Below are positions 16,472 through 23,928 of a stretch of DNA of 36,116 bases, in pieces (the stretch's first letter is position 1; each line of letters starts with the position of its first letter). Location: the NCBI GenBank assembly GCA_043740495.1, contig JAYUCF010000005.1:1-36116 (forward strand). The letters are read 5' to 3'. A model generated the notes under the pieces. That model searched no databases. It was given only the letters and a program-made list of their open reading frames with translations, and had not been told where the DNA came from. The stretch is from a bacterium (GTDB lineage: Bacteria > Patescibacteriota > Saccharimonadia > UBA4664). The position numbers were made by a program, and so were the translations under genes.

Positions 16472-18736
16472 TTAGACTTCGTTAATAACGGGCAGCACCA
16501 TCGGACTGCGTTTTGTCTTGGAGTACAACAGATCACCAATGTCGTCTCGCAGGCGCAATTTGAACTTGGCCCAATCCTCGCGGCTCGGGTTTCCGGTTAT
16601 CGCCCGCTTTTCAAACGACTTGCGTACCTCGGCCCTGGCTTTGTTAATTAACTCTTCGTGCTCCTTCATATAGATAAACCCGCGGGAAATAATGTCGGGA
16701 CTCGACACCAACCGGCCGGTCTTGCGACTCACCGTGGCAATGATCATAAACACCCCGTCAGCGCCCATCGCTATCCGGTCGCGCAGTACTACCCCCTCTA
16801 CGTCACCGATACCTGCGCCGTCGATCATCACGATCCCGGATGGCACCCGTGCGCCCTTCAGCGCCTTAGTGGGAGTAATCTCCAACACATCACCGTTGTC
16901 CATGACAAAGATATTATCTTTCCCAATACCTTCCTTAAGAGCAATTTCGGCATTGCGCACCATCATGTGAAACTCACCATGAATCGGCATAAAGTATTTT
17001 GGCTTCACCATGCTGATCATCTCTTTTACCTCATCTTGTAAGGCGTGTCCGCCGACGTGCAAGATGCCGATGCCGTCGAGATCGCGAAACACGTTATGAT
17101 ACACCTTGGCCCCCTCGCGCATCAGAGCGTCCATGGAATTCGTGATCGAGCGGTCATTACCAGGAATGATACTCGAACTGAAGACCACCGTGTCGCCGGC
17201 CTTAATCTTGATATTTTGATGATCTCCGCTGCCCATCCTGGTCAGAGCAGAGTTCTCCTCTCCCTGTGACCCCGTACACATCACCACCACCTGATTGTCG
17301 GCCAGATTCACGATATCTTGCACCCGCACCACTAGCCCGGCGGGAATCTTCAGATAGCCAATTTTGATAGCCAGCTCTACGTTAGCCAGCATCGAGCGGC
17401 CGACAAAGGCGATCTTGCGGCCAGACTTGGCAGTGGCGTTGATAACCAACTGGATACGGTTGATCTGGCTCGAAAAACTCGCCAGAATTATCCGTCCTTG
17501 CGCCTTACCAAACACATCCAGGAATGTCGGCTCGATATCCATCTCGGTTTTGGAATGCCCCAAAAATTCGCACGAAGTGCTGTCACTCATCAGGAGCAAT
17601 ACGCCCTCTTTGCCCAGCTCAGTCAGGCGCGCGAAGTCCGGCGGTTTTCCGTCGACCGGTGTAGGATCAAACCGCCAGTCGCCGGTGTTGATAATTTTTC
17701 CAATCGGGGTAGTTATCACCGCGGCACAGGCATCCGGGATAGTATGAGTCACCCGTACCAACTCCACGGTGAAAGGTCCGATCTGCACCTTCTCGTGCTT
17801 ATCGGGGTCGAGTATGCGCAACTGAGGCTGAGTTTGCAGGTGGTACTCTACCAACTTCTTCTCCACCATGCCGGCACTAAACCGGGCGGTATATATGGGC
17901 GCGGGCAACTGAGGCAAAATAAACGGAATACCGCCCATGTGGTCCTCGTGAGCGTGGGTCAGCACATGGGCGCGCACCTTATGCTTGTTCTTCACCAGGT
18001 ACGAAACGTCCGGAATCATGTAATCAACGCCGGGCTGCTTTGTGGGATTCGGGAATGCAAAGCCCATATCTATCGTGATAATGTCGTTCCCGAATTCGAT
18101 AGCCATCATATTCTTGCCGACTTCCCCCAGACCGCCGAGTGGGATTACCCGCAATTTCGGCTCGTTGGTGGCCTGATTAGCCGGACCACGATCGTCGGTC
18201 TGTGGCTGGCCTGCGCCCTTCACCTTCGTCTGTTGGCGGCCGGAAGTGCCGTTGAAGGCACTCTTGTTCACGGGCATGGCATCAAGCGCCGGCACAAGAT
18301 CGGTGTGATTCGGTACCTGCGTGCCTCCCCGACGCCGTCCGCCGCGTCCGCCGCCCCCACCGGAGCGCTGGCCGCCCTGGGGCTTGGCACCGTCACCCTG
18401 GGGTACCCCGCCGCCATTCGGCCGCGGATTCTGAGCCCCGCCTACTGGCGCTGGGCTGGCGTTTGACCGCAGCGGTTGCGCGCCCCGGTTTGGCTGCTGT
18501 CCGGGCTGGCCGCTAGGTCGCCCGCCGCCTTGGTAGCCCACCGACTGTCGGCTGGCTTGAGGCGGGCGCGTATCCTGGCGCCGGGGCTGCTGGGCGGGTC
18601 CTTCGGGACGCGGCTCGCGGGGCATTTGCGGCTTGAGCCGATCGGGCGCATTGCCCGCCACCGGATTATTCGGGATTCTCTCGGGAGGGTTCGCGCTCGA
18701 AGAGTTGTTTTGATTATTATTAATATTTGGTTCCAA
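16472..18736 (-). CDS. rnj: Ribonuclease J (metallo-beta-lactamase/beta-CASP) with a ~190-aa low-complexity N-terminal extension
   Basis: KLRVIPLGGLGEVGKNM and the HAHEDHMGG motif, plus beta-CASP and C-terminal domains. The ORF-track start is TTG 18736, with AAAGGA 7 nt upstream. The true start is uncertain, because the first ~190 aa are N/Q/P/G/R-rich. Confidence 0.9.
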   Translation of the reverse strand: MEPNINNNQNNSSSANPPERIPNNPVAGNAPDRLKPQMPREPRPEGPAQQPRRQDTRPPQASRQSVGYQGGGRPSGQPGQQPNRGAQPLRSNASPAPVGGAQNPRPNGGGVPQGDGAKPQGGQRSGGGGGRGGRRRGGTQVPNHTDLVPALDAMPVNKSAFNGTSGRQQTKVKGAGQPQTDDRGPANQATNEPKLRVIPLGGLGEVGKNMMAIEFGNDIITIDMGFAFPNPTKQPGVDYMIPDVSYLVKNKHKVRAHVLTHAHEDHMGGIPFILPQLPAPIYTARFSAGMVEKKLVEYHLQTQPQLRILDPDKHEKVQIGPFTVELVRVTHTIPDACAAVITTPIGKIINTGDWRFDPTPVDGKPPDFARLTELGKEGVLLLMSDSTSCEFLGHSKTEMDIEPTFLDVFGKAQGRIILASFSSQINRIQLVINATAKSGRKIAFVGRSMLANVELAIKIGYLKIPAGLVVRVQDIVNLADNQVVVMCTGSQGEENSALTRMGSGDHQNIKIKAGDTVVFSSSIIPGNDRSITNSMDALMREGAKVYHNVFRDLDGIGILHVGGHALQDEVKEMISMVKPKYFMPIHGEFHMMVRNAEIALKEGIGKDNIFVMDNGDVLEITPTKALKGARVPSGIVMIDGAGIGDVEGVVLRDRIAMGADGVFMIIATVSRKTGRLVSSPDIISRGFIYMKEHEELINKARAEVRKSFEKRAITGNPSREDWAKFKLRLRDDIGDLLYSKTKRSPMVLPVINEV

Positions 18737-18814
18737 TTAAGGTCCTTTCATTTCTGGCCGCCGTGAGGCAGCTATTTGCTATTTAAAATTAGTGCGGAAC
18801 GTTTGTTCCAAATG

Positions 18815-19441
18815 CTACGTAATCGTTTGTAAAACCATCGGTATAAGACTGAAATCCTTGAGCAGCGTCTGACGCAGCCGTGGATTATACAGTGCAGCGG
18901 CGGGATGAAACAGCGGCAAATATACCTGCCCGTCTTTTTCCACGGACTGACCGTGAGCTTGGCTGATTGTAAGTTCCGGGAAAAACACATTCATGGAATG
19001 CCGTCCCAAGAAAACTACCAATTTGGGTCGTATCACGTCGATTTGACGTTTCAGATACGGCACAAATTCAGCGATTTCTTCGGGGGTTGGGTCACGATTG
19101 TCTGGAGGCCGATACTTCACGATATTGCTTATGTAAATGTCTGGCCGTTCCAGGCCTATCGAAGCCAACATCTCGTCCAAAAACTTCCCGGCAGCTCCCA
19201 CGAATGGCTCACCTTTCAGATCTTCGTCCTTTCCCGGCGCTTCGCCGACAAACATCAACTGCGCATTAGGACTGCCAACCCCGAATACCATTTGAGTAGC
19301 ATTCGCCTTCAACTCCAGCGTCACGCCGTCCAGCTCAATCGCTCGAGCTATCTCTGTCAGCTGCGCCCGCTTATCTGCTTGGATATGCTGCATATTCTTT
19401 TCGTCACCAATTGCTGCGGCCCTTCGGCCTCTCAAACTCAC
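18815..19441 (-). CDS. Uracil-DNA glycosylase, family 4-like
   Basis: GEAPGKDEDLKGEPFVGAAGKFL, NIVKYRPPDNRDP and LFHPAA motifs match the family-4 UDG layout. The GTG start at 19441 lies inside a post-pnp hairpin; ATG 19393 is an alternative start. Confidence 0.85.
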   Translation of the reverse strand: MSLRGRRAAAIGDEKNMQHIQADKRAQLTEIARAIELDGVTLELKANATQMVFGVGSPNAQLMFVGEAPGKDEDLKGEPFVGAAGKFLDEMLASIGLERPDIYISNIVKYRPPDNRDPTPEEIAEFVPYLKRQIDVIRPKLVVFLGRHSMNVFFPELTISQAHGQSVEKDGQVYLPLFHPAAALYNPRLRQTLLKDFSLIPMVLQTIT

Positions 19442-19469
19442 TCGCTCAAGAGGCCTTGCACCAAAGCCT

Positions 19470-21593
19470 TTAGTCCTTCTTTTCGACGGCGGCCTTCATA
19501 CTCAAATTTAGTCGTCCCTGCCCGTCAACCTCGAGAAGCTTCACGCGCACCTTGTCGCCCAATTTTACCACATCCGAGACGCGTTCAACACGCTGGTCGC
19601 TCATTTGCGATACGTGCACTAAGCCGTCTTTGCCCGGCAATACGTTCACGAAGGCCCCAAATTCCATCAACTTCACGACCGTTCCGGTGTAGATAGTTCC
19701 CACTTCCGGATCCTCAGTGAGGCCCTTGATGATCGCAATCGCCCGCTCGGCGCCGTCGGCGTCAACCGAAGCAATCATCACCAATCCGGAATCCTCAATA
19801 TCGATCTCCACGCCGGTCTCCGCGATAATCCGGTTGATCATCTCGCCTCCCTTGCCGATGACGTCCTTGATCTTCTCAGGGGCAATCATGATCTTGGAGA
19901 TACGGGGCGCGTACTGGCTCATTTCGGGGCGCGGCGCATCCAGCACTTCCATCATTCTGCCCATGATGTAATCACGGCCAGTGTGAGCCTGGGCCAGCGC
20001 GTTGCTCATAATTTCAGGAGTAATGCCCTTCACCTTGATGTCCATCTGCAAAGCGGTAATCCCATCCTTGGTACCGGCCACCTTGAAGTCCATGTCGCCG
20101 GCAAAATCCTCAGCTCCCTGAATATCGGTCAGAATCACGTAATGTTCCTTGCCTTTGGCGTGGTCGATAATCAGGCCCATCGCAATCCCCGCAACCGGCT
20201 TTAAGATCGGTACACCGGCGTCCATCAAACTCAAAGTTGAACCGCAAACCGATGCCATTGAGCTCGAGCCGTTCTGACTGAGCACCTCTGAAACACTGCG
20301 AATAGTGTAGGGAAAGTCCTCCACCGTGGGGATCACTGGCAGTAGGGCCCGCTCCGCCAGAGCTCCATGGCCAATCTCGCGACGGCCCGCCGAGCGCATC
20401 GGCTTCACCTCACCACCCGAGTAACCCGGAGCGTTGTAATAGTGCATGTAGCGCTTCGTGGTGTTCTCTTCCATCGTGTCGATCAGTTGGGCGTAGCTCG
20501 TGGAAGCCAGTGTCGTCACGTTTAGCACCTGCGTGCTGCCACGGGTAAACAGGGCCGAACCATGCGTCCGCGGAAGCAGTCCCACCGTCGATGAAATCGG
20601 CCGGACTTCATCGGTCTTGCGGCCGTCCGGACGCGCGCCGTCTTCCAGGATACTGCGGCGAATCTCGTAGTCAATCACTTTGCGGAATGCCAGCTCAATA
20701 TCCGTGCGTTCATAATTTTCTTCAAAATGCTCCAGCGACTCACTTTCCAGATTACGAATAGCATCATGGCGGGCGTAATGATCCTGGTGGCGAATCGCTG
20801 CCCCCAGCTTGCCTTCCAAAAAGTGCTGGATGGAAACTACCAGGTCTTCGTCGGCCGTCACCAGTTCGTAGGTCTTCTCTTTCGTACCTAGCGCCTTCAC
20901 AACTTCTTCTTGTAGCTTGATCAGCGGCTGAATCGACTTGTGAGCCAGCTCAATCGCGCGAATCATGGTCTCTTCGTCGACCTCGTTGGCGCCCGCTTCT
21001 ACCATCATGATGGCGTCTTTCGTGCCGGCCACGGTCAGATCGAGTTTCGAATTTTGCATGTCTTGCTCAGACGGGAAAACTACCAGCTTGTCATCGATCA
21101 TACCGATCCGCACACCGGCCACCGGACCCTCGAACGGTGCGCCACTAAGCATTAACGCCGTTGATACCGCCGTCATGGCAATAATATTCGGAGCGTACTC
21201 AAGATCGGCCGACAGCACCATTGCCACCGACTGCACGTCGTTACGGTAACCTTTGGGGAACAACGGGCGTATCGGCCGGTCAATCAGCCGACAGCTCAGC
21301 GTAGCGTGCTCACTCGCCCGCCCTTCGCGCTTAATAAAGCGACTGCCGGAGATCTTTCCGGTAGCATAAAACCGCTCTTCGTAATCGATCAGCAGCGGGA
21401 AAAAGTCGATCCCGGGACGAGGTGTGTTGCTCACCACCGCGGTACCCAGCACCACCGTATCGCCATAACGAACCGTTACGGCACCATCGGCCAAAAAGCC
21501 CATATTACCTGTCTCAATAGTGAACTCGCGTCCGGCAAACTCAGTAGTAAATCGCTGAGTCTTACCCCCGAAAGGGTGGATGATATCCTGCAT
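19470..21593 (-). CDS. pnp: Polyribonucleotide nucleotidyltransferase (PNPase)
   Basis: Two RNase PH domains, then KH (VIGKGGEMINRI) and S1 (GTVVKLMEFGAFV) domains. SD AGAGGAAAA. Confidence 0.97.
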   Translation of the reverse strand: MQDIIHPFGGKTQRFTTEFAGREFTIETGNMGFLADGAVTVRYGDTVVLGTAVVSNTPRPGIDFFPLLIDYEERFYATGKISGSRFIKREGRASEHATLSCRLIDRPIRPLFPKGYRNDVQSVAMVLSADLEYAPNIIAMTAVSTALMLSGAPFEGPVAGVRIGMIDDKLVVFPSEQDMQNSKLDLTVAGTKDAIMMVEAGANEVDEETMIRAIELAHKSIQPLIKLQEEVVKALGTKEKTYELVTADEDLVVSIQHFLEGKLGAAIRHQDHYARHDAIRNLESESLEHFEENYERTDIELAFRKVIDYEIRRSILEDGARPDGRKTDEVRPISSTVGLLPRTHGSALFTRGSTQVLNVTTLASTSYAQLIDTMEENTTKRYMHYYNAPGYSGGEVKPMRSAGRREIGHGALAERALLPVIPTVEDFPYTIRSVSEVLSQNGSSSMASVCGSTLSLMDAGVPILKPVAGIAMGLIIDHAKGKEHYVILTDIQGAEDFAGDMDFKVAGTKDGITALQMDIKVKGITPEIMSNALAQAHTGRDYIMGRMMEVLDAPRPEMSQYAPRISKIMIAPEKIKDVIGKGGEMINRIIAETGVEIDIEDSGLVMIASVDADGAERAIAIIKGLTEDPEVGTIYTGTVVKLMEFGAFVNVLPGKDGLVHVSQMSDQRVERVSDVVKLGDKVRVKLLEVDGQGRLNLSMKAAVEKKD

Positions 21594-21715
21594 ATTTTTC
21601 CTCTAAAGGCAGCTCATACGTGCCAGGGACAAGGGATGAAAAGATTTTATCCCAAAGCTCCGACACTTATCACGTATCTGCAGCCGTTGTAGTACAACCT
21701 GGAAGTGCAAGTGCC

Positions 21716-21724
21716 AGTATAACA
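21716..21724 (-). promoter_or_regulatory. Candidate extended -10 box TGtTATACT in the rpsO-pnp spacer (pnp-specific promoter with a ~120 nt structured leader)
   Basis: The minus strand reads TGTTATACT, the same 9-mer as upstream of polA. It is followed by a long imperfect hairpin (21609-21623 with 21672-21686) that encloses GGGAT...ATCCC. Confidence 0.4.
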
Positions 21725-21754
21725 CAGCCGAATCTCAAGTCGCTCGGGGCAAAC

Positions 21755-22021
21755 TTACCGGCGCAACTCGAGTTTCTTAAGTATGTCTTGGTAGCGAGAC
21801 GGATCGCGCTTGTTCAAATAGTCGAGCATCGAACGGCGCTTGCTCACCATCTTGAGCAGTCCACGACGAGAATGCTCGTCTTTCTTGTGGACTTTGAGGT
21901 GCTTGGTCAGCTCCTTGATCTGCTCAGTAAAGATCCCAACCTGAACTTCCGGCGAACCGGTGTCAGTCTTGTGGGTTTGCAGCCCAGTGATAACCTTGGT
22001 TTTGGATTCAGGCTTTAACAT
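21755..22021 (-). CDS. rpsO: 30S ribosomal protein S15
   Basis: [43 protein letters not shown] is a typical S15. Confidence 0.95.
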   Translation of the reverse strand: MLKPESKTKVITGLQTHKTDTGSPEVQVGIFTEQIKELTKHLKVHKKDEHSRRGLLKMVSKRRSMLDYLNKRDPSRYQDILKKLELRR

Positions 22022-22104
22022 AACTCAAGCAGCTTAGCACTTTATGCGACATTAATCAAGCACCGGTGTGTACATTCAGGATAAATTGGCCCATTACGGT
22101 TATG

Positions 22105-22133
22105 TTGTCAAATGAGTAGAATTCAAGTATAAC
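22105..22133 (+). promoter_or_regulatory. Candidate promoter for the first paralog ORF (TTGTCA-17-TATAAC)
   Basis: TTGTCA 22105-22110, 17 nt spacer, TATAAC 22128-22133. A GGGAG SD at 22173-22177 precedes ATG 22188. Confidence 0.4.
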
Positions 22134-22187
22134 TACTTATGTTGCCACGTCCGTTGACAGCTACCCCACGTAGGGAGATATACCAAG

Positions 22188-22619
22188 ATGGATCTCAACA
22201 CTGCCCAAATATCGCACCCGGTCACGCCTCATTTCGAACCCGACCAGCTGCAGCTCGACATCGCCTTGGAGGAAGTTCGCTTCTCGAAATCTGACGTCGT
22301 TTGCGCGGTACTTGAAGCCACTAGCTGGGGATCTGCCCGGGTTGGCCTTTCCCTCGAGCAGAGGCCGGTCCAGGTGTACACCATGCTCACGATCAAGGAC
22401 GACACTGCGGATCTGACGATCTGCCTGCTCGAAACCGACCGCCAGCCAGGTAGCACCGCCAGGCCACTGCCCTTCTCCGCCGCACTGAAGACGTCAGGTG
22501 GCCAGGTTCTGTCATCGATCCGCGATAGATCCGTGTCGCCAACGGTTGCCTCAATTGCTGTCATCAGGCTGACCGATCCCGATCAGCTCACCGATGGTCT
22601 GCTCAGGCTCGTTTACTGA
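22188..22619 (+). CDS. Hypothetical cytoplasmic protein, paralog A (143 aa)
   Basis: ORF track; SD GGGAG 10 nt upstream. No signal peptide or TM helix. It aligns along its length with the next ORF, for example VQVYTMLTIKDDTADLTICL / IQVHPVLTIKPGIVSLTVCA and GGQVLSS / ANQILSS. Confidence 0.65.
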   Translation: MDLNTAQISHPVTPHFEPDQLQLDIALEEVRFSKSDVVCAVLEATSWGSARVGLSLEQRPVQVYTMLTIKDDTADLTICLLETDRQPGSTARPLPFSAALKTSGGQVLSSIRDRSVSPTVASIAVIRLTDPDQLTDGLLRLVY

Positions 22620-22715
22620 CGTCGCTCAACTCCGTCCGACCGCTTGGTACCGCAGCGCACTGCGCCCGGGACCAAGCGGCCCCCAGCTTCAATGCTGGCA
22701 TCGCAGAGTTAGGAT
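22620..22715 (+). repeat. Conserved post-ORF element, copy 1 (stem-loop 22640-22679, CTTCAAT box, GTTAGGAT)
   Basis: CCGCTTGGT (22640-22648) pairs with ACCAAGCGG (22671-22679). Roughly three quarters of positions are shared with copy 2 over ~100 nt, by eye. Confidence 0.7.
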
Positions 22716-22722
22716 TGGTTAA

Positions 22723-23133
22723 ATGATCAACCTCCGCTACACCAGTCTTGGCCAAATGCTGCTAGCTGATGCTCTGCGGCGAGTTGTCTTCACCCCGGAG
22801 GATGTCCGGCAGGCAATCCTTCTGGCCAAACGCGAAAGTTACGCCCCGGTAGGCCACTCCGCTAGGCAGAGTCGGACACTCATCCAAGTACACCCCGTAC
22901 TCACAATCAAACCCGGTATCGTCAGCCTGACCGTCTGTGCCTTCAAAAATGCCCATAATCTGGGAAAGGTTGAGAGCACACCAGCTTTCACAGCCGTTTT
23001 GATAACAGCAGCCAACCAGATCTTGAGCTCGAGTCACCATTGGTACGTCGCCCCCCGCGGTGCCTCATTTGAGGTTATAGCGCTGGCTAATCCCGGCGAC
23101 CTCACCGGAGCCCACCTTGAGCTCGTTCGCTAA
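22723..23133 (+). CDS. Hypothetical cytoplasmic protein, paralog B (136 aa)
   Basis: ORF track. Paralogous to 22188-22619. TAGGAT (22710-22715) lies 7 nt before the ATG, and there is no SD. Confidence 0.65.
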   Translation: MINLRYTSLGQMLLADALRRVVFTPEDVRQAILLAKRESYAPVGHSARQSRTLIQVHPVLTIKPGIVSLTVCAFKNAHNLGKVESTPAFTAVLITAANQILSSSHHWYVAPRGASFEVIALANPGDLTGAHLELVR

Positions 23134-23234
23134 CGTTGCTCGACCCCCTCCGCCCGCTTGGTCCCGCAGCGCCCTCCGCCCGCGGGACCAAGTCTACCCC
23201 AAATCTTCAATCTGGATATTGAAGCGTTAGGATA
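23134..23234 (+). repeat. Conserved post-ORF element, copy 2 (stem-loop 23157-23192, CTTCAAT hairpin 23205-23224, GTTAGGAT overlapping the truB stop)
   Basis: CTTGGTCCCGC (23157-23167) pairs perfectly with GCGGGACCAAG (23182-23192). CTTCAAT/ATTGAAG forms a second hairpin. Confidence 0.7.
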
Positions 23235-23928
23235 GGCTCAACAGGGCCTTGCTCGCTACGTCTGCGTCAATCTCATCCAGCGCTCTGGCGTCTACCAGCT
23301 GGTACTTGGCGACACTAGTTCGGATCAAACCGCTCAAGTACGCGCCTGTACCGAGACTGGTACCAATATCTTCCGCCAATGAACGAATATAAGTGCCGCT
23401 GGATACCTCAGCCTGTATTTCTACTATCGGGTAGGTGTAGCCCGTGAGTATCAGCTCCCGAATCTGGACCGTGCGTGATGGCATCACCACCGTTTCTCCG
23501 GCGCGGGCCCGCTTGTAGGCCTCCCTGCCGTTGATCTTGATCGCCGAATAGGCCGACGGTATCTGCGTGATCTCACCAGTAAACTTAGTTAGTGCAGCCT
23601 CAATTCCGGCAACGTCAGGAACGCGGTTCGACACATTGGTCTTCTCGCCTTCGCCATCGCCGGTAGAGCTATTTGAGCCAAGAGTGATCTGGGCTGCGTA
23701 TCGTTTGTCGAGCTTGGTCAACTTTTCCGCCCGCTTACAGGCCGTGCCAAACAGCATCAGCATCAAGCCGCTCGCGAGTGGATCGAGCGTACCGGCATGA
23801 CCAATTTTACGCACCCCAGTACGCCGGCGCAGTACGCGAATGACGTCAAACGAAGTAATGCCGACAGGTTTGTCGACTAACAGCAGGCCGTTTAGGTCGA
23901 GGCCTGCACCAGCTGGCGAACCTATGAT
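23227..23928 (-). CDS. truB: tRNA pseudouridine(55) synthase TruB (5' end uncertain; no canonical start codon)
   Basis: GHAGTLDPLASG catalytic motif. The conserved N-terminal LLLVDKPVGITSFDVIRVLRR is encoded upstream of the ORF-track GTG (23814), in the same open frame, which opens after the TAA at 23962-23964. That stretch has only ATC, ATA, CTG and ATT as possible starts. Confidence 0.85.
   Translation of the reverse strand: MIGSPAGAGLDLNGLLLVDKPVGITSFDVIRVLRRRTGVRKIGHAGTLDPLASGLMLMLFGTACKRAEKLTKLDKRYAAQITLGSNSSTGDGEGEKTNVSNRVPDVAGIEAALTKFTGEITQIPSAYSAIKINGREAYKRARAGETVVMPSRTVQIRELILTGYTYPIVEIQAEVSSGTYIRSLAEDIGTSLGTGAYLSGLIRTSVAKYQLVDARALDEIDADVASKALLSLS

Noticed and set aside
13014-19696. 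Long alternative-frame or antisense ORFs inside recognisable genes, for example 13014-13703 (229 aa), 17498-18466 (322 aa) and 18905-19696 (263 aa). Many shorter ones lie within recA, ftsK, pnp, polA and purF.
   Set aside because: Each lies entirely within or across genes with strong family motifs on the other strand or frame. Their Arg/Pro/Ser/His-rich composition is typical of spurious frames in GC-rich DNA.
22617-23236. Integron-cassette (attC) interpretation of the repeated elements. GCTCAAC at 22624-22630 fits RYYYAAC. GTTAGGA at 22708-22714 nearly fits GTTRRRY. The span is ~91 bp, and the next ORF starts 8 nt later.
   Set aside because: The putative R'' and R' boxes pair poorly (4 Watson-Crick pairs of 7). 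The central hairpin is placed asymmetrically, so the site does not fold as an R''-L''/L'-R' bulged hairpin. Copy 2 reads GCTCGAC instead of ...AAC. The two ORFs are paralogs rather than unrelated cassettes. No integrase is present in the window. I keep it only as a formal possibility to test with an attC covariance model.
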